Notes under the pieces: model-generated
What the model was told of the DNA's origin: nothing
The model's database searches: none
What the model saw: only the letters and a program-made list of their open reading frames with translations
NCBI GenBank assembly: GCA_963778665.1
Contig: CAVZVG010000003.1
Location: forward strand, 192,813 to 256,812
Source: an uncultured Gammaproteobacteria bacterium
GTDB lineage: Bacteria > Pseudomonadota > Gammaproteobacteria > JBBQDK01
DNA: 64,000 nucleotides
Direction of reading: 5' to 3'
Shown: in pieces, positions 16,792-24,478 of the stretch
Numbering within the stretch: position 1 is the stretch's first letter
Layout of the letters: each line of letters starts with the position of its first letter
Translations under genes and position numbers: made by a program

Positions 16792-16819
16792 GGGCGGGAG
16801 TCACTTAATAAAAAATCAT

Positions 16820-16908
16820 CTAACATCGCGTTCGAGGCCGACGCGGTGAGACATCACATCGTTTCCTGTTGTGCTCGTTCCCCGCGCGGGTTAACGCGGA
16901 CGTTAGGC
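16820..16908 (+). repeat. attC 13 (R'' TCTAACA; R' GTTAGGC 16902)
   Basis: R''/R' pair read directly. Confidence 0.65.
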
Positions 16909-16913
16909 GCGAG

Positions 16914-17180
16914 ATGAAAACAGGTATTACGTTAACTGTTATAGGCGGGCTTATGGTGGCAGCACCTGGAATACTGCTCGCAATACTGGCTATCCGCGTA
17001 GTGATTATTGAGTTGGGAATGTCCAGTCTGGTGCCATATGGTCAAGGCATGGTGTATGGTGCATTCGGAATGGCAGTTGTTATGTTCCTATTCATTGGTG
17101 TACCGGGGTTGTTTATTTTGCGAGCAGGTATGAGAAGCATCACATTACACAAAAATGAAATCAGTAACACTCATGCATAG
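16914..17180 (+). CDS. cassette 14: small membrane protein (88 aa, 2-3 TM)
   Basis: ATG 16914 (MKTGITLTVIGGLMVAAPGILLAILAI..). The ORF track's start at 16869 lies inside attC 13. Confidence 0.45.
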   Translation: MKTGITLTVIGGLMVAAPGILLAILAIRVVIIELGMSSLVPYGQGMVYGAFGMAVVMFLFIGVPGLFILRAGMRSITLHKNEISNTHA

Positions 17181-17187
17181 TCTTGCG

Positions 17188-17249
17188 CCTAACAATTCGG
17201 CCCAGTGCAACGGCTGCTACGCAGCCGCGCCTGGCCTTAGCCGTTAAGC
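17188..17249 (+). repeat. attC 14 (R'' CCTAACA; R' GTTAAGC 17243)
   Basis: R''/R' pair read directly. Confidence 0.65.
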
Positions 17250-17335
17250 GTTGTTCGCGTATCCTGTGATTCCAACCTGAAAAAAAATCGGCGGAACAGC
17301 CCAATCACAGACTTCAACAAAAAAATAAAAGGAGA

Positions 17336-17914
17336 ATGAATATGAGTAAAGTAATCGTAACCGAATTCGTCTCACTCGACGGCATTATTGAGGCCCCAGG
17401 CGGAGGCGAGGGCTTTAAACACGCAGGTTGGACGTTCAAGATCAGTCGCGGGAAGGATGGCGACCAATTCAAGCTCGACGAGACCCGCGACTCCGAGGCT
17501 CTGCTGTTGGGGCGGGTGACATATGAAGGCTTTGCCGCAGCCTGGCCGTCGCTGAAGGGCGACTTCGCTGATAAGTTAAACAGCATGCCCAAGTTCGTCG
17601 TCTCCTCGACACTCAAGGAGCCTGAATGGAACAACTCGACGGTGCTCAAGGGCGACGTGGTGGAGGAGGTCCAGAAGCTAAGGCAGAGGCTGGGTGGGAA
17701 CATCGTCGTCCACGGCAGCGCCCAACTCGTGCAGACGCTTGTCGAACACAACCTCGTTGACGAGTTGCGGCTGATGGTCTTCCCTGTCATCCTCGGGACG
17801 GGCAAGCGCCTCTTTGGCAACATGAGCGACAAAAAGTCCCTTCGGCTAGTCAGCTCGAAGACGGTTGGCGACGGCGTCGTCATCCTCATCTATGAGCTAG
17901 CACGGGATAAGTAA
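17336..17914 (+). CDS. cassette 15: dihydrofolate-reductase-like protein (RibD C-terminal domain family), GC ~55%
   Basis: SKVIVTEFVSLDGIIEAP..LLLGRVTYEGFAAAWP..MPKFVVSSTL..NIVVHGSAQLVQTLVEHNLVDELRLMVFPVILGTGKRLF matches the RibD_C/YwjB-type DHFR-like family. Confidence 0.6.
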   Translation: MNMSKVIVTEFVSLDGIIEAPGGGEGFKHAGWTFKISRGKDGDQFKLDETRDSEALLLGRVTYEGFAAAWPSLKGDFADKLNSMPKFVVSSTLKEPEWNNSTVLKGDVVEEVQKLRQRLGGNIVVHGSAQLVQTLVEHNLVDELRLMVFPVILGTGKRLFGNMSDKKSLRLVSSKTVGDGVVILIYELARDK

Positions 17915-17953
17915 GCAAGCCTTCCCTGAGGCGGCGACCACGAATCCGCAACG

Positions 17954-17985
17954 CCTAACAAAGAGCTGGAGGCGACGCGTTATAT
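17954..17985 (+). repeat. attC 15, atypically short (32 bp; R'' CCTAACA, R' GTTATAT 17979)
   Basis: Resembles only the left half of attC 9; probably internally deleted. Confidence 0.5.
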
Positions 17986-18008
17986 ATAGGGTAATTTGGT
18001 AATCGTCA

Positions 18009-18260
18009 ATGCCTGAAAGAACTCTAATAATTCTTGTAGGATTAATCTTGTCAGTGTTAGTTGGTTGCGTCATGATCAGGAATTGGCCGAAATCTGGGAA
18101 GATGGGTGTAAACACAAAAACAGTACATTGCCCTCGTTGTGGATTGAAAGCGCCGATGGTAAGAAAGCCAAAGAACCTAAGACAGATACTTTGGGGTGGA
18201 TGGACTTGCGAAGGTTGTAATTGTGAGTTCGATAAGTACGGAAATGAAGTTAATACATAA
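18009..18260 (+). CDS. cassette 16: membrane-anchored zinc-ribbon protein (83 aa, CPRC..CEGC)
   Basis: ORF track entry; N-terminal TM helix plus two CxxC pairs. Confidence 0.5.
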   Translation: MPERTLIILVGLILSVLVGCVMIRNWPKSGKMGVNTKTVHCPRCGLKAPMVRKPKNLRQILWGGWTCEGCNCEFDKYGNEVNT

Positions 18261-18329
18261 CAAGTCATTCGAGTACGCCCCTTCGAGGCCGGACGCGCTG
18301 ACGCGCGTCACACAAATCCGAACTTATGC
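18256..18329 (+). repeat. attC 16 with mutated core (R'' CATAACA; R' CTTATGC instead of GTTATG)
   Basis: Paralogue of attC 3. The conserved G of GTT is replaced by C. Confidence 0.55.
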
Positions 18330-18347
18330 ATCAAGGAGAAGATTCGA

Positions 18348-18743
18348 TTGAAATCACATCCGGTAATCACGCAGATTGAAAGGGCGGATAAAGCAATTGT
18401 TGCTGAAGATTTCGATACGCTTCTCGATATTTATACTGATGATGCAGTACTGGTTGTTGAGCCAGGAAGAAATGCTGTTGGAAAAGATGACATTAGAAAA
18501 GCATTTGAGGCCATAGCGGTATATTTTAGAAATGGGCTGCATGTTGAACAAGATGGCTTGGAGATTCTTGAGTCAGGTAATACTGCCTTAGTATTGGCAA
18601 ATACAATTCTATTAGCGCCTAATTACCCTGCAATAACTCGTAAAGCGACATACGTATTTATTAAGTCCTCTAACGGTAATTGGCTTTGTTCAATAGACAA
18701 TTCATATGGTCATGAAATTATTGGTACAGGAAATAATGCATAA
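18348..18743 (+). CDS. cassette 17: NTF2-like/SnoaL-like (DUF4440-type) protein, TTG start with AAGGAG RBS
   Basis: ..DFDTLLDIYTDDAVLVVEPGRNAVGKDDIRKAFEAI.. is the SnoaL-like fold pattern. Confidence 0.5.
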   Translation: MKSHPVITQIERADKAIVAEDFDTLLDIYTDDAVLVVEPGRNAVGKDDIRKAFEAIAVYFRNGLHVEQDGLEILESGNTALVLANTILLAPNYPAITRKATYVFIKSSNGNWLCSIDNSYGHEIIGTGNNA

Positions 18744-18809
18744 CAAGTCTCTCGTTTGGACGCAAACTACGCTGCGCTTCGTTTGCGCTGAACAGCTTCA
18801 ACGTTAGAC
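18739..18809 (+). repeat. attC 17 (R'' CATAACA; R' GTTAGAC 18803)
   Basis: R''/R' pair read directly. Confidence 0.7.
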
Positions 18810-18853
18810 ATCACAAGCGCGCACATTACTACCCCACACTGATCGGAGGCCCC

Positions 18854-19279
18854 ATGAACGCCACAAAGATCAAAGTAGGTCAATTGGGTATCGACTACAT
18901 CGTGGATGGCTCTCACACGGAGAGTCTCGGAATGTTCGAACTGACAGTGCCTCCAGGATCGAACGTTCCACCGCCGCATAGTCACACCAACAACGACGAA
19001 TGCGTGTATGTCCTCGCCGGAACACTTCGGTACTCGGTCGGAGCTGAGACGCGCGATCTGACAGTAGGGCAAGCGATGAGCACGCCAAGAGGCGCGGTTC
19101 ACGCTTTCTCGAACCCCTTCGCCGAGACCGCTCGCGCCTTGATCGTCATGTCTCCGGACATCGGAGCCCAGTACTTCAAGGACGTCGCTGCGGTGATCAA
19201 TGCCGGAGGGCCTCCGGACAAGGCCGCCCTGGTCTCGGTGATGTCCAGGTATGGGCTTGTCCCGGCTGCGCCGGCGTGA
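18854..19279 (+). CDS. cassette 18: cupin-domain protein (141 aa; GC ~60%)
   Basis: Cupin motifs PPHSHTNNDECVYVLAGT and GAVHAF. Confidence 0.55.
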   Translation: MNATKIKVGQLGIDYIVDGSHTESLGMFELTVPPGSNVPPPHSHTNNDECVYVLAGTLRYSVGAETRDLTVGQAMSTPRGAVHAFSNPFAETARALIVMSPDIGAQYFKDVAAVINAGGPPDKAALVSVMSRYGLVPAAPA

Positions 19280-19349
19280 CCACACCCAAGCCTTCCATCG
19301 AGCGGACGTCCTCCGGCAAGCTTCGTTTGCTTGCCGCCGCCGCTCATGT
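19279..19349 (+). repeat. attC 18 remnant (degenerate; homologous to left half of attC 2)
   Basis: CAAGCCTTCCATCGAGCGG matches CAAGCTTCCATCGGAGCGG of attC 2. R'' is ACCACAC and R' is CTCATGT. Confidence 0.4.
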
Positions 19350-19387
19350 CGAATGTCAGGCCCAGCAAGTACAGAGAGGAGAGCGCA

Positions 19388-19732
19388 ATGAGCAACGAAC
19401 AGGTGGCGCCCGAGACGAAAGGCGTTACGGTGAAGTTACTTTCAACGGTTGATCTTGGCCCTGAGATCGAGGGCATGGCAGGGCGCCAACTTCGAATGCG
19501 TATGGTGACTATCGAGCCTGGAGGCGTCTTCGGCCCGATTCACGACCATAAAGACAGACCAGGCACTGTCTACATACTGCAAGGAACGATCACTGACCAT
19601 CGAAATGGAGTCGCTACGGACTATGGGCCGGGAGTGGGCTGGCCCGAGGATAGGAACACCACACACTGGCTTGAGAACAGAGGAACGATTCCGGCGGTGG
19701 AGATCTCGGTCGATATAGTGAGGCATGAGTAA
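19388..19732 (+). CDS. cassette 19: cupin-domain protein (114 aa from ATG 19388, RBS AGAGGAGAG)
   Basis: GPIHDHKDRPGTVYILQGT..NTTHWLENRG matches the cupin_2 pattern. Confidence 0.55.
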   Translation: MSNEQVAPETKGVTVKLLSTVDLGPEIEGMAGRQLRMRMVTIEPGGVFGPIHDHKDRPGTVYILQGTITDHRNGVATDYGPGVGWPEDRNTTHWLENRGTIPAVEISVDIVRHE

Positions 19733-19762
19733 GCTCAGGCCCGACATCTGACACGGTCGGGT

Positions 19763-19867
19763 CTAACACACGGATCAACCGGACGCGATAGTCGCTACGC
19801 TTTGGTGGACACCCTGAACTAATGATTCAGGAGTGTCAAAGATGCCGAAGCCAGGCGTTGGTTGTTT
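19763..19867 (+). repeat. attC 19 (R'' TCTAACA; R' GTTGGTT/GTTGTTT)
   Basis: Paralogue of the attC-like sequence at 22322-22440 (shared TTTGGTGGACACCYTGAA..GGAGTGTMAAGATGCC). Confidence 0.55.
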
Positions 19868-19885
19868 TAAATTGGGAATAAATTC

Positions 19886-20284
19886 ATGAAGAAATTAAAA
19901 AATACAGCGTACAACGCATTGGTTATAGTAGAAGATATTGGCTTACTGGTCATAGCCATTTCGACAGTCATTGCAATGAGCTTTGAAATTGTATCTATGT
20001 TTGAAGCCATGAAGGTAACCTTGGCAGACCTTTTGTTACTTTTTATATACCTTGAGGTATTGGCAATGATTGGAATCTACCTTAAGTCAGGGCAGCTGCC
20101 TGTTCGTATGCCCCTTTACATTGCAATAGTAGCGGTGGCACGTTACATGATTCTTGATATGAAGAATTTGGATACATTAAGAGTTCTTGGTCTTTCAGGC
20201 GCAGTATTTATTCTTGCTGTATCTATTCTCGCTATTCGATATGGCCATATTAAATTCCCATATGATGATAAAGAAGACAGCTAA
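19886..20284 (+). CDS. psiE: cassette 20: phosphate-starvation-inducible protein PsiE family
   Basis: LFIYLEVLAMIGIYLKSGQLPVRMPLYIAIVAVARYMILD aligns with E. coli PsiE [41 protein letters not shown]. Confidence 0.65.
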   Translation: MKKLKNTAYNALVIVEDIGLLVIAISTVIAMSFEIVSMFEAMKVTLADLLLLFIYLEVLAMIGIYLKSGQLPVRMPLYIAIVAVARYMILDMKNLDTLRVLGLSGAVFILAVSILAIRYGHIKFPYDDKEDS

Positions 20285-20353
20285 CAAGCCAATCAAGTTT
20301 TCCTGTAATCAGCACGGGCTTGGACGTCACAAAAAGCATGGCGCCACTTATTT
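20280..20353 (+). repeat. attC remnant (R'' GCTAACAAGCCAATCAAG.. like attC 10; R' degenerate CTTATTT)
   Basis: Left end is identical to the attC 10 start. The right half is lost or degenerate. Confidence 0.35.
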
Positions 20354-20387
20354 ATGTCGGTTTGCCTTTTTTATATAGACGATATTC

Positions 20388-20561
20388 ATGCAAGCAGAGA
20401 AGCAGTTTCAATTGTTGGAATCAGTCCTTAACAAATGCAAGGGAGAGATTGGTAAAGATTTTGAAAGTTATAGAAATCATGTTTGCCGTATTGTTGATTT
20501 GTCAGGGTGTCCGGCGAGCGTTTCTGCATCGTTTCCCTTGCGGAATATTCTTTATCCGTAG
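20388..20561 (+). CDS. cassette 21: small ORF (57 aa, MQAEKQFQLLESVLNKCKGEIGKDFESYRNHVCRIVDLSGCP..)
   Basis: Below the ORF-track size cut-off; it is the only plausible ORF in this cassette. Confidence 0.3.
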   Translation: MQAEKQFQLLESVLNKCKGEIGKDFESYRNHVCRIVDLSGCPASVSASFPLRNILYP

Positions 20562-20638
20562 AAGGGAAATAATTTCAGTAATGGCAGTCACGCATACTGC
20601 ACGAAACTCCGCAAAGTGGCGCACGCCTTAGGACGCCC

Positions 20639-20722
20639 CATAACAAATCAGTCGAGTATGCCCGCCATTCTGGCGGGGCCCTACGCCTGCTTCGCAGGTG
20701 CGTCTCAATTCAATCGTTAATT
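20639..20722 (+). repeat. attC 21 (R'' CATAACA; R' GTTAATT 20716)
   Basis: R''/R' pair with an internal palindrome. Confidence 0.65.
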
Positions 20723-20746
20723 GCCAAAATAATGAAGCAATCCTAA

Positions 20747-21505
20747 ATGATTATGAAACTGCTCGAATTCCCACATTCTCACTATTGCGAAAAAGCGCGC
20801 TGGGCACTCGACTACAAAGGGATGCCATTTCAGGCCGTGGCAATTATGCCGGGGTTTCACATGATAACGGTACGCAAGTACGCTCCGGATACATCTGTTC
20901 CAGTGTTATTGGACCATGGTGAAGCAGTGCAAGGTTCGAGCGAAATCATAAACTACCTCGAACAGAGGCAGGCGTCATACCCTTTGAATCCTGCGGATGC
21001 TGATGAGCTCCGAGCATGCTTGGAAATAGAGCGCGCGATGGATGAAAGACTTGGGGAGAATATTCGTCAGGTTTTATACAATAGCCTGCTGGCTTACCCG
21101 GATTTTATCCGACATTGCTTTACCCATCCGATGTCCCGATTACGACAACTGATTTTCAGTCTCTTTTACCCGATTCTACGATACAAGATATATCAAACCT
21201 ATGTGATTTCCGCTGCGAAGGTAGAACAGGCGAGACGAGATTTCGATGTTGCCATGAGTGAAATAGAGAACATCCTTGAACAGAGACAGTATCTCGTTGG
21301 TGAGCGATTTACCCGTGCGGACTTGTCGGTAGCATCAATGCTCTCATTGCTTGTTATGCCGCCGGAGCATCCGTTTCCATGGCAAGAAATACCCGATCCG
21401 CAGGCAAGAGACTTTCTTGAAGGGTTTCAAGATCATCCCGTGTCTGAATGGGTTCGTAAAATGTATCGATGCCATCGATTGCGCGAGAGAGCACACTCCG
21501 AATGA
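20747..21505 (+). CDS. cassette 22: glutathione S-transferase family protein
   Basis: N-terminal thioredoxin-like GST fold (KLLEFPHSHYCEKARWALDYKGMPFQAV..VPVLLDHGE) followed by a helical GST C-terminal domain. Confidence 0.6.
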   Translation: MIMKLLEFPHSHYCEKARWALDYKGMPFQAVAIMPGFHMITVRKYAPDTSVPVLLDHGEAVQGSSEIINYLEQRQASYPLNPADADELRACLEIERAMDERLGENIRQVLYNSLLAYPDFIRHCFTHPMSRLRQLIFSLFYPILRYKIYQTYVISAAKVEQARRDFDVAMSEIENILEQRQYLVGERFTRADLSVASMLSLLVMPPEHPFPWQEIPDPQARDFLEGFQDHPVSEWVRKMYRCHRLRERAHSE

Positions 21506-21520
21506 TTAGCCATTCAGCCG

Positions 21521-21578
21521 GCGCGTCAAGTCATTCGCTTAGCTCATTGGGACGCTCAAAAGCTGCGCATTTATCGCG
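21521..21578 (+). repeat. attC 22 remnant (paralogue of attC 16; R'' decayed to GCGTCAA, R' CTTATGC)
   Basis: ..CAAGTCATTCG..CTTATGCGAACC mirrors attC 16. Confidence 0.4.
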
Positions 21579-21622
21579 ACCCTTATGCGAACCTTGGTCG
21601 TCGTGAGAACATCGACCCGATC

Positions 21623-22309
21623 ATGAGACTTCACAAGCTGGCTGACGGAATCTGGGTGCTGGACGGCAACCCCATTTCTTTTGTTACTTTCCCATACGAA
21701 ATACGCTCTACCGTTATCGAAATAGGGGGAGGTGAGCTGTTTATTCATTCTCCGGTGCAATTATCCGCAGTGGATCTATTGAAGACGCTGCCTGGTCAGG
21801 TGAAATACATCGTTTCGCCAAATAAGCTCCACAGTCTGTTTCTTGGGGATTGGAAAAAGGCGTTTCCGGAAGCCAAGCTTTACGCGCCGCCTGGCTTGAA
21901 AGCCAAGCGTCCGAACTTATCGTTCTATAAGGAGCTTGCAGATGAACCGGAACCGGAGTGGCGGGAAGTATTAAAGCAAAAGATAGTTCGAGGAAGTTGG
22001 TTCATGTCGGAAGTCGTTTTTTTTCACGCACCATCGGAAACCCTGATCCTTGGGGATCTGATAGAAAACCACAACCCACTGAGATTTGGGTTGCTTCACC
22101 GAGCAATTGGTTCAGCGAACGCCATGCTCGCGCCAAACGGAACCACGCCGCGCAATTATCGATGGACGTTCTTTCGACGCAAAGAGGTTCGCGAGGATTT
22201 GCAAGAAATTATGAGCTGGAATGCCAAACGCGTTGTTATGTCCCACGGCCCGATCGTGGAAATCGGAGCGCAAGAGTTTTTGAGGAATGCATTTCAATGG
22301 GCGCTGTAG
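21623..22309 (+). CDS. cassette 23: DUF4336 family protein (metallo-beta-lactamase-like fold)
   Basis: ELFIHSPVQL..KYIVSPNKLHSLFLGDWKKAFPEAKLYAPPGL..EVVFFHAPSETLILGDL matches the DUF4336 pattern. Confidence 0.55.
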   Translation: MRLHKLADGIWVLDGNPISFVTFPYEIRSTVIEIGGGELFIHSPVQLSAVDLLKTLPGQVKYIVSPNKLHSLFLGDWKKAFPEAKLYAPPGLKAKRPNLSFYKELADEPEPEWREVLKQKIVRGSWFMSEVVFFHAPSETLILGDLIENHNPLRFGLLHRAIGSANAMLAPNGTTPRNYRWTFFRRKEVREDLQEIMSWNAKRVVMSHGPIVEIGAQEFLRNAFQWAL

Positions 22310-22321
22310 GTCAAATGCGCC

Positions 22322-22440
22322 GCCTGACAAGCAGTTGCAGTGGAGCGTGATAGTTCCTACGGTTTGGTGGACACCTTGAATTGGCGGCTCTGGAGTGTAA
22401 AGATGCCTAAGCAAGGACCCGGAACAACGTATAAGTACAG
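22322..22440 (+). repeat. attC-like remnant (paralogue of attC 19; cores degenerate: CCTGACA .. CGTATAAG)
   Basis: Sequence homology to 19790-19850. Confidence 0.4.
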
Positions 22441-22506
22441 TGAGAAGTTTAAAGCAACCGCAACCATCGACCGCCGAAGAATGCGAATATTGGATTCAGA
22501 GAAACA

Positions 22507-22881
22507 ATGAAATACATCGGCACGGACTTTATTCATATAAGCATCCTGGACACACGATCTGTGCTGGTGGAAGCAATGGATGCAGTTGAAATCGATCTGG
22601 AGAAGGCAAAATACGCGAATCAACTGATCGAAAATGAGATGCCGGGTGACTATGGAATGATAATCGATAGAAAAGCCGATTACTCGATAGTGCCGGTCGA
22701 TGTATACAACATACTCAATAATATTGAGAAACTGAAGGCCATCGCAATCGTGACATATAATAAGAAGAGTTATTTTCCCATATCGATCGAGCAAAAATTA
22801 TATAAAGGCAAGTTGGAAGTGTTTCAATCGATACAACAGGCGCATGAATGGATCGATCAGGTATTGAATGAAACCATCTGA
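22507..22881 (+). CDS. cassette 24: hypothetical protein (124 aa, AT-rich)
   Basis: ORF track entry; no clear attC follows. Confidence 0.4.
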   Translation: MKYIGTDFIHISILDTRSVLVEAMDAVEIDLEKAKYANQLIENEMPGDYGMIIDRKADYSIVPVDVYNILNNIEKLKAIAIVTYNKKSYFPISIEQKLYKGKLEVFQSIQQAHEWIDQVLNETI

Positions 22882-23225
22882 CGATGCGGTTAAGACGCTG
22901 TATACGGACAACCAAGCTGACAATCGCATGCACACTGCCGGAACAAAGAATCGATAGTTTCATGCGCAGCTTTCTGCGCCCGGTGCTGCGGGTAGATATG
23001 TTTCAATCCCATCGCTGCATCGTATCGATGGTGGTTTTATCGGTGAAGCCGGAAGCATAACGATGCAATCCACCGGTCTGGGTTCGGTAGTCCGGCGATT
23101 TCAAGGGATATTACTAAAACACAGCAAGATCCGGGTTGCGGGCGAGTGCTTGATTCTCCATGATTGACTCGTAATGAGGTAAATACCTGTCAGTACGGGA
23201 AATGAAGTGTGAGAGGATTCGCAAG

Positions 23226-23369
23226 ATGTCTGCATTGCCTGAGAAATCGGCGATTATCATCGGAACAAGTTCCGGGATAGGGATTGTGGCCGCAAAGCGA
23301 TTCGCCCGGGAGATACCCGGCTTGCCGTACCGCACGCCGCCGATCGGCGCTCCCGGCCGACGGCAGTGA
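23226..23369 (+). pseudogene. short-chain dehydrogenase (SDR) gene remnant: N-terminal 27 aa then out-of-frame tail
   Basis: MSALPEKSAIIIGTSSGIGIVAAKRFAREIPG.. carries the TGxxxGIG Rossmann motif; the reading then degenerates and stops after 48 codons. Confidence 0.5.
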
Positions 23370-23373
23370 CTCC

Positions 23374-24267
23374 ATGAATCGCTCCGAATACATGATACAT
23401 GCGTCCAGCATCCCCATGGAAATCCAGATGTCCGACTATGATCGCATCGCCGCTGCAATTTCATTCATTGCCAGCCGGGTAGACCGGCAGCCCGGCTTGC
23501 AGGAAATCGCGGAACACTTGCATTTGAGTCCCTTTCACTTCCAGCGCCTGTTCTGCCGCTGGGCCGGCGTGACACCGAAAAGATTCCTGCAGGTGTTGAC
23601 CTTGGAACGCGCCAAACAATTACTGAGCGAATCGAGGCCGCTGCTTGACGTGTCGGACTCCCTGGGCTTGAGTAGCGGGTCGCGCCTGCATGACCATTTC
23701 GTTCATCTTGAAGCTGTTACACCGGGTGAGTTCAAGACGGGAGGCGCGGGTTTGACGATTGAATATGCAGTGCATGACACGCCTTTCGGAAGAGCATTCG
23801 TTGCCACCACCCCCAGAGGTGTCTGTAGTTTTGCGTTTCTGGATCATGCGGAAACCGATGATTGTCTGCCTGGCTTACAGAAGCGATGGCCGCATGCCAC
23901 GGTGCATGAAAATGCGAAAAGCACGCTTGCGGTAATCGATGCGATGTTCAGCCAGGAAAGTAAACCGGATCGCCCAGTGTCTTTGCACGTCTCCGGCACG
24001 AACTTTCAGGTCAGTGTGTGGAAGGCCTTGTTGCAGATACCTCCGGCGACAGTCGCGAGCTATTCTCAGGTGGCGACCGCCATCGGCCATCCGCGTGCCG
24101 CGAGAGCCGTAGGCCTGGCGGTAGGTGCAAACCCCGTCGCGTTCCTGATTCCCTGCCATCGTGTCATTCGGCAAAGCGGTAAGCTGGGAGGATATCGTTG
24201 GGGTGAGACACGGAAACAGGCGATCCATGCCTGGGAATCGGCAAGGTGCGAGCAAGCCGAGCCATGA
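23374..24267 (+). CDS. Ada-like bifunctional protein: AraC-type HTH regulator fused to O6-methylguanine-DNA methyltransferase
   Basis: HTH_AraC region (..LQEIAEHLHLSPFHFQRLFCRWAGVTPKRFLQVL..) plus MGMT active site IPCHRVI. The ORF track's start at 23284 overlaps the SDR remnant; ATG 23374 or 23416 is more likely. Confidence 0.75.
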   Translation: MNRSEYMIHASSIPMEIQMSDYDRIAAAISFIASRVDRQPGLQEIAEHLHLSPFHFQRLFCRWAGVTPKRFLQVLTLERAKQLLSESRPLLDVSDSLGLSSGSRLHDHFVHLEAVTPGEFKTGGAGLTIEYAVHDTPFGRAFVATTPRGVCSFAFLDHAETDDCLPGLQKRWPHATVHENAKSTLAVIDAMFSQESKPDRPVSLHVSGTNFQVSVWKALLQIPPATVASYSQVATAIGHPRAARAVGLAVGANPVAFLIPCHRVIRQSGKLGGYRWGETRKQAIHAWESARCEQAEP

Positions 24268-24478
24268 CACTGCATTCGAAAGGGTCGCACCAGGACCGGC
24301 AAGGCTCCCGGCTGCATGTTGCCGGCCACACTATCCGCCTGTTGTGATCGGTGTCGGCGCTATTCGGGAGACATCGAACAAGAAACCGGGGAGGGCGGCA
24401 AAGTCCGCGGTGGAGCGAATGCACGGATTCGCTTCTGTGGCATCGAATCCGTGCAGCTACTGAATATCCTGCCTTGAA

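Larger units (their letters stand above)
8786..23225. mobile_element. chromosomal integron: intI + attI + ~24-cassette array (array 10290..~22900)
   Basis: Serial units of the form [short ORF on + strand][attC], where each attC runs from R'' (YTAAC) through imperfect internal inverted repeats to R' (GTTRRRY). Array GC is ~35-45% versus ~64% flanks. All cassette ORFs share one orientation, reading away from attI. Confidence 0.85.

Noticed and set aside
20320-20631. 103-aa ORF MDVTKSMAPLIYV..
   Set aside because: Spans a degenerate attC and runs through several small ORFs in other frames. Composition is atypical. The 57-aa ORF at 20388 is a slightly better candidate.
10290-23225. Low-GC island interpreted as prophage or genomic island of phage origin
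   Set aside because: It has no phage structural, replication or lysis genes. The regular ORF-attC periodicity and the adjacent IntI identify it as an integron cassette array.
22882-23225. Possible additional cassette or attC after the last cassette ORF
   Set aside because: No TAAC..GTT pair or palindrome was recognisable. It is treated as a decayed or deleted region.
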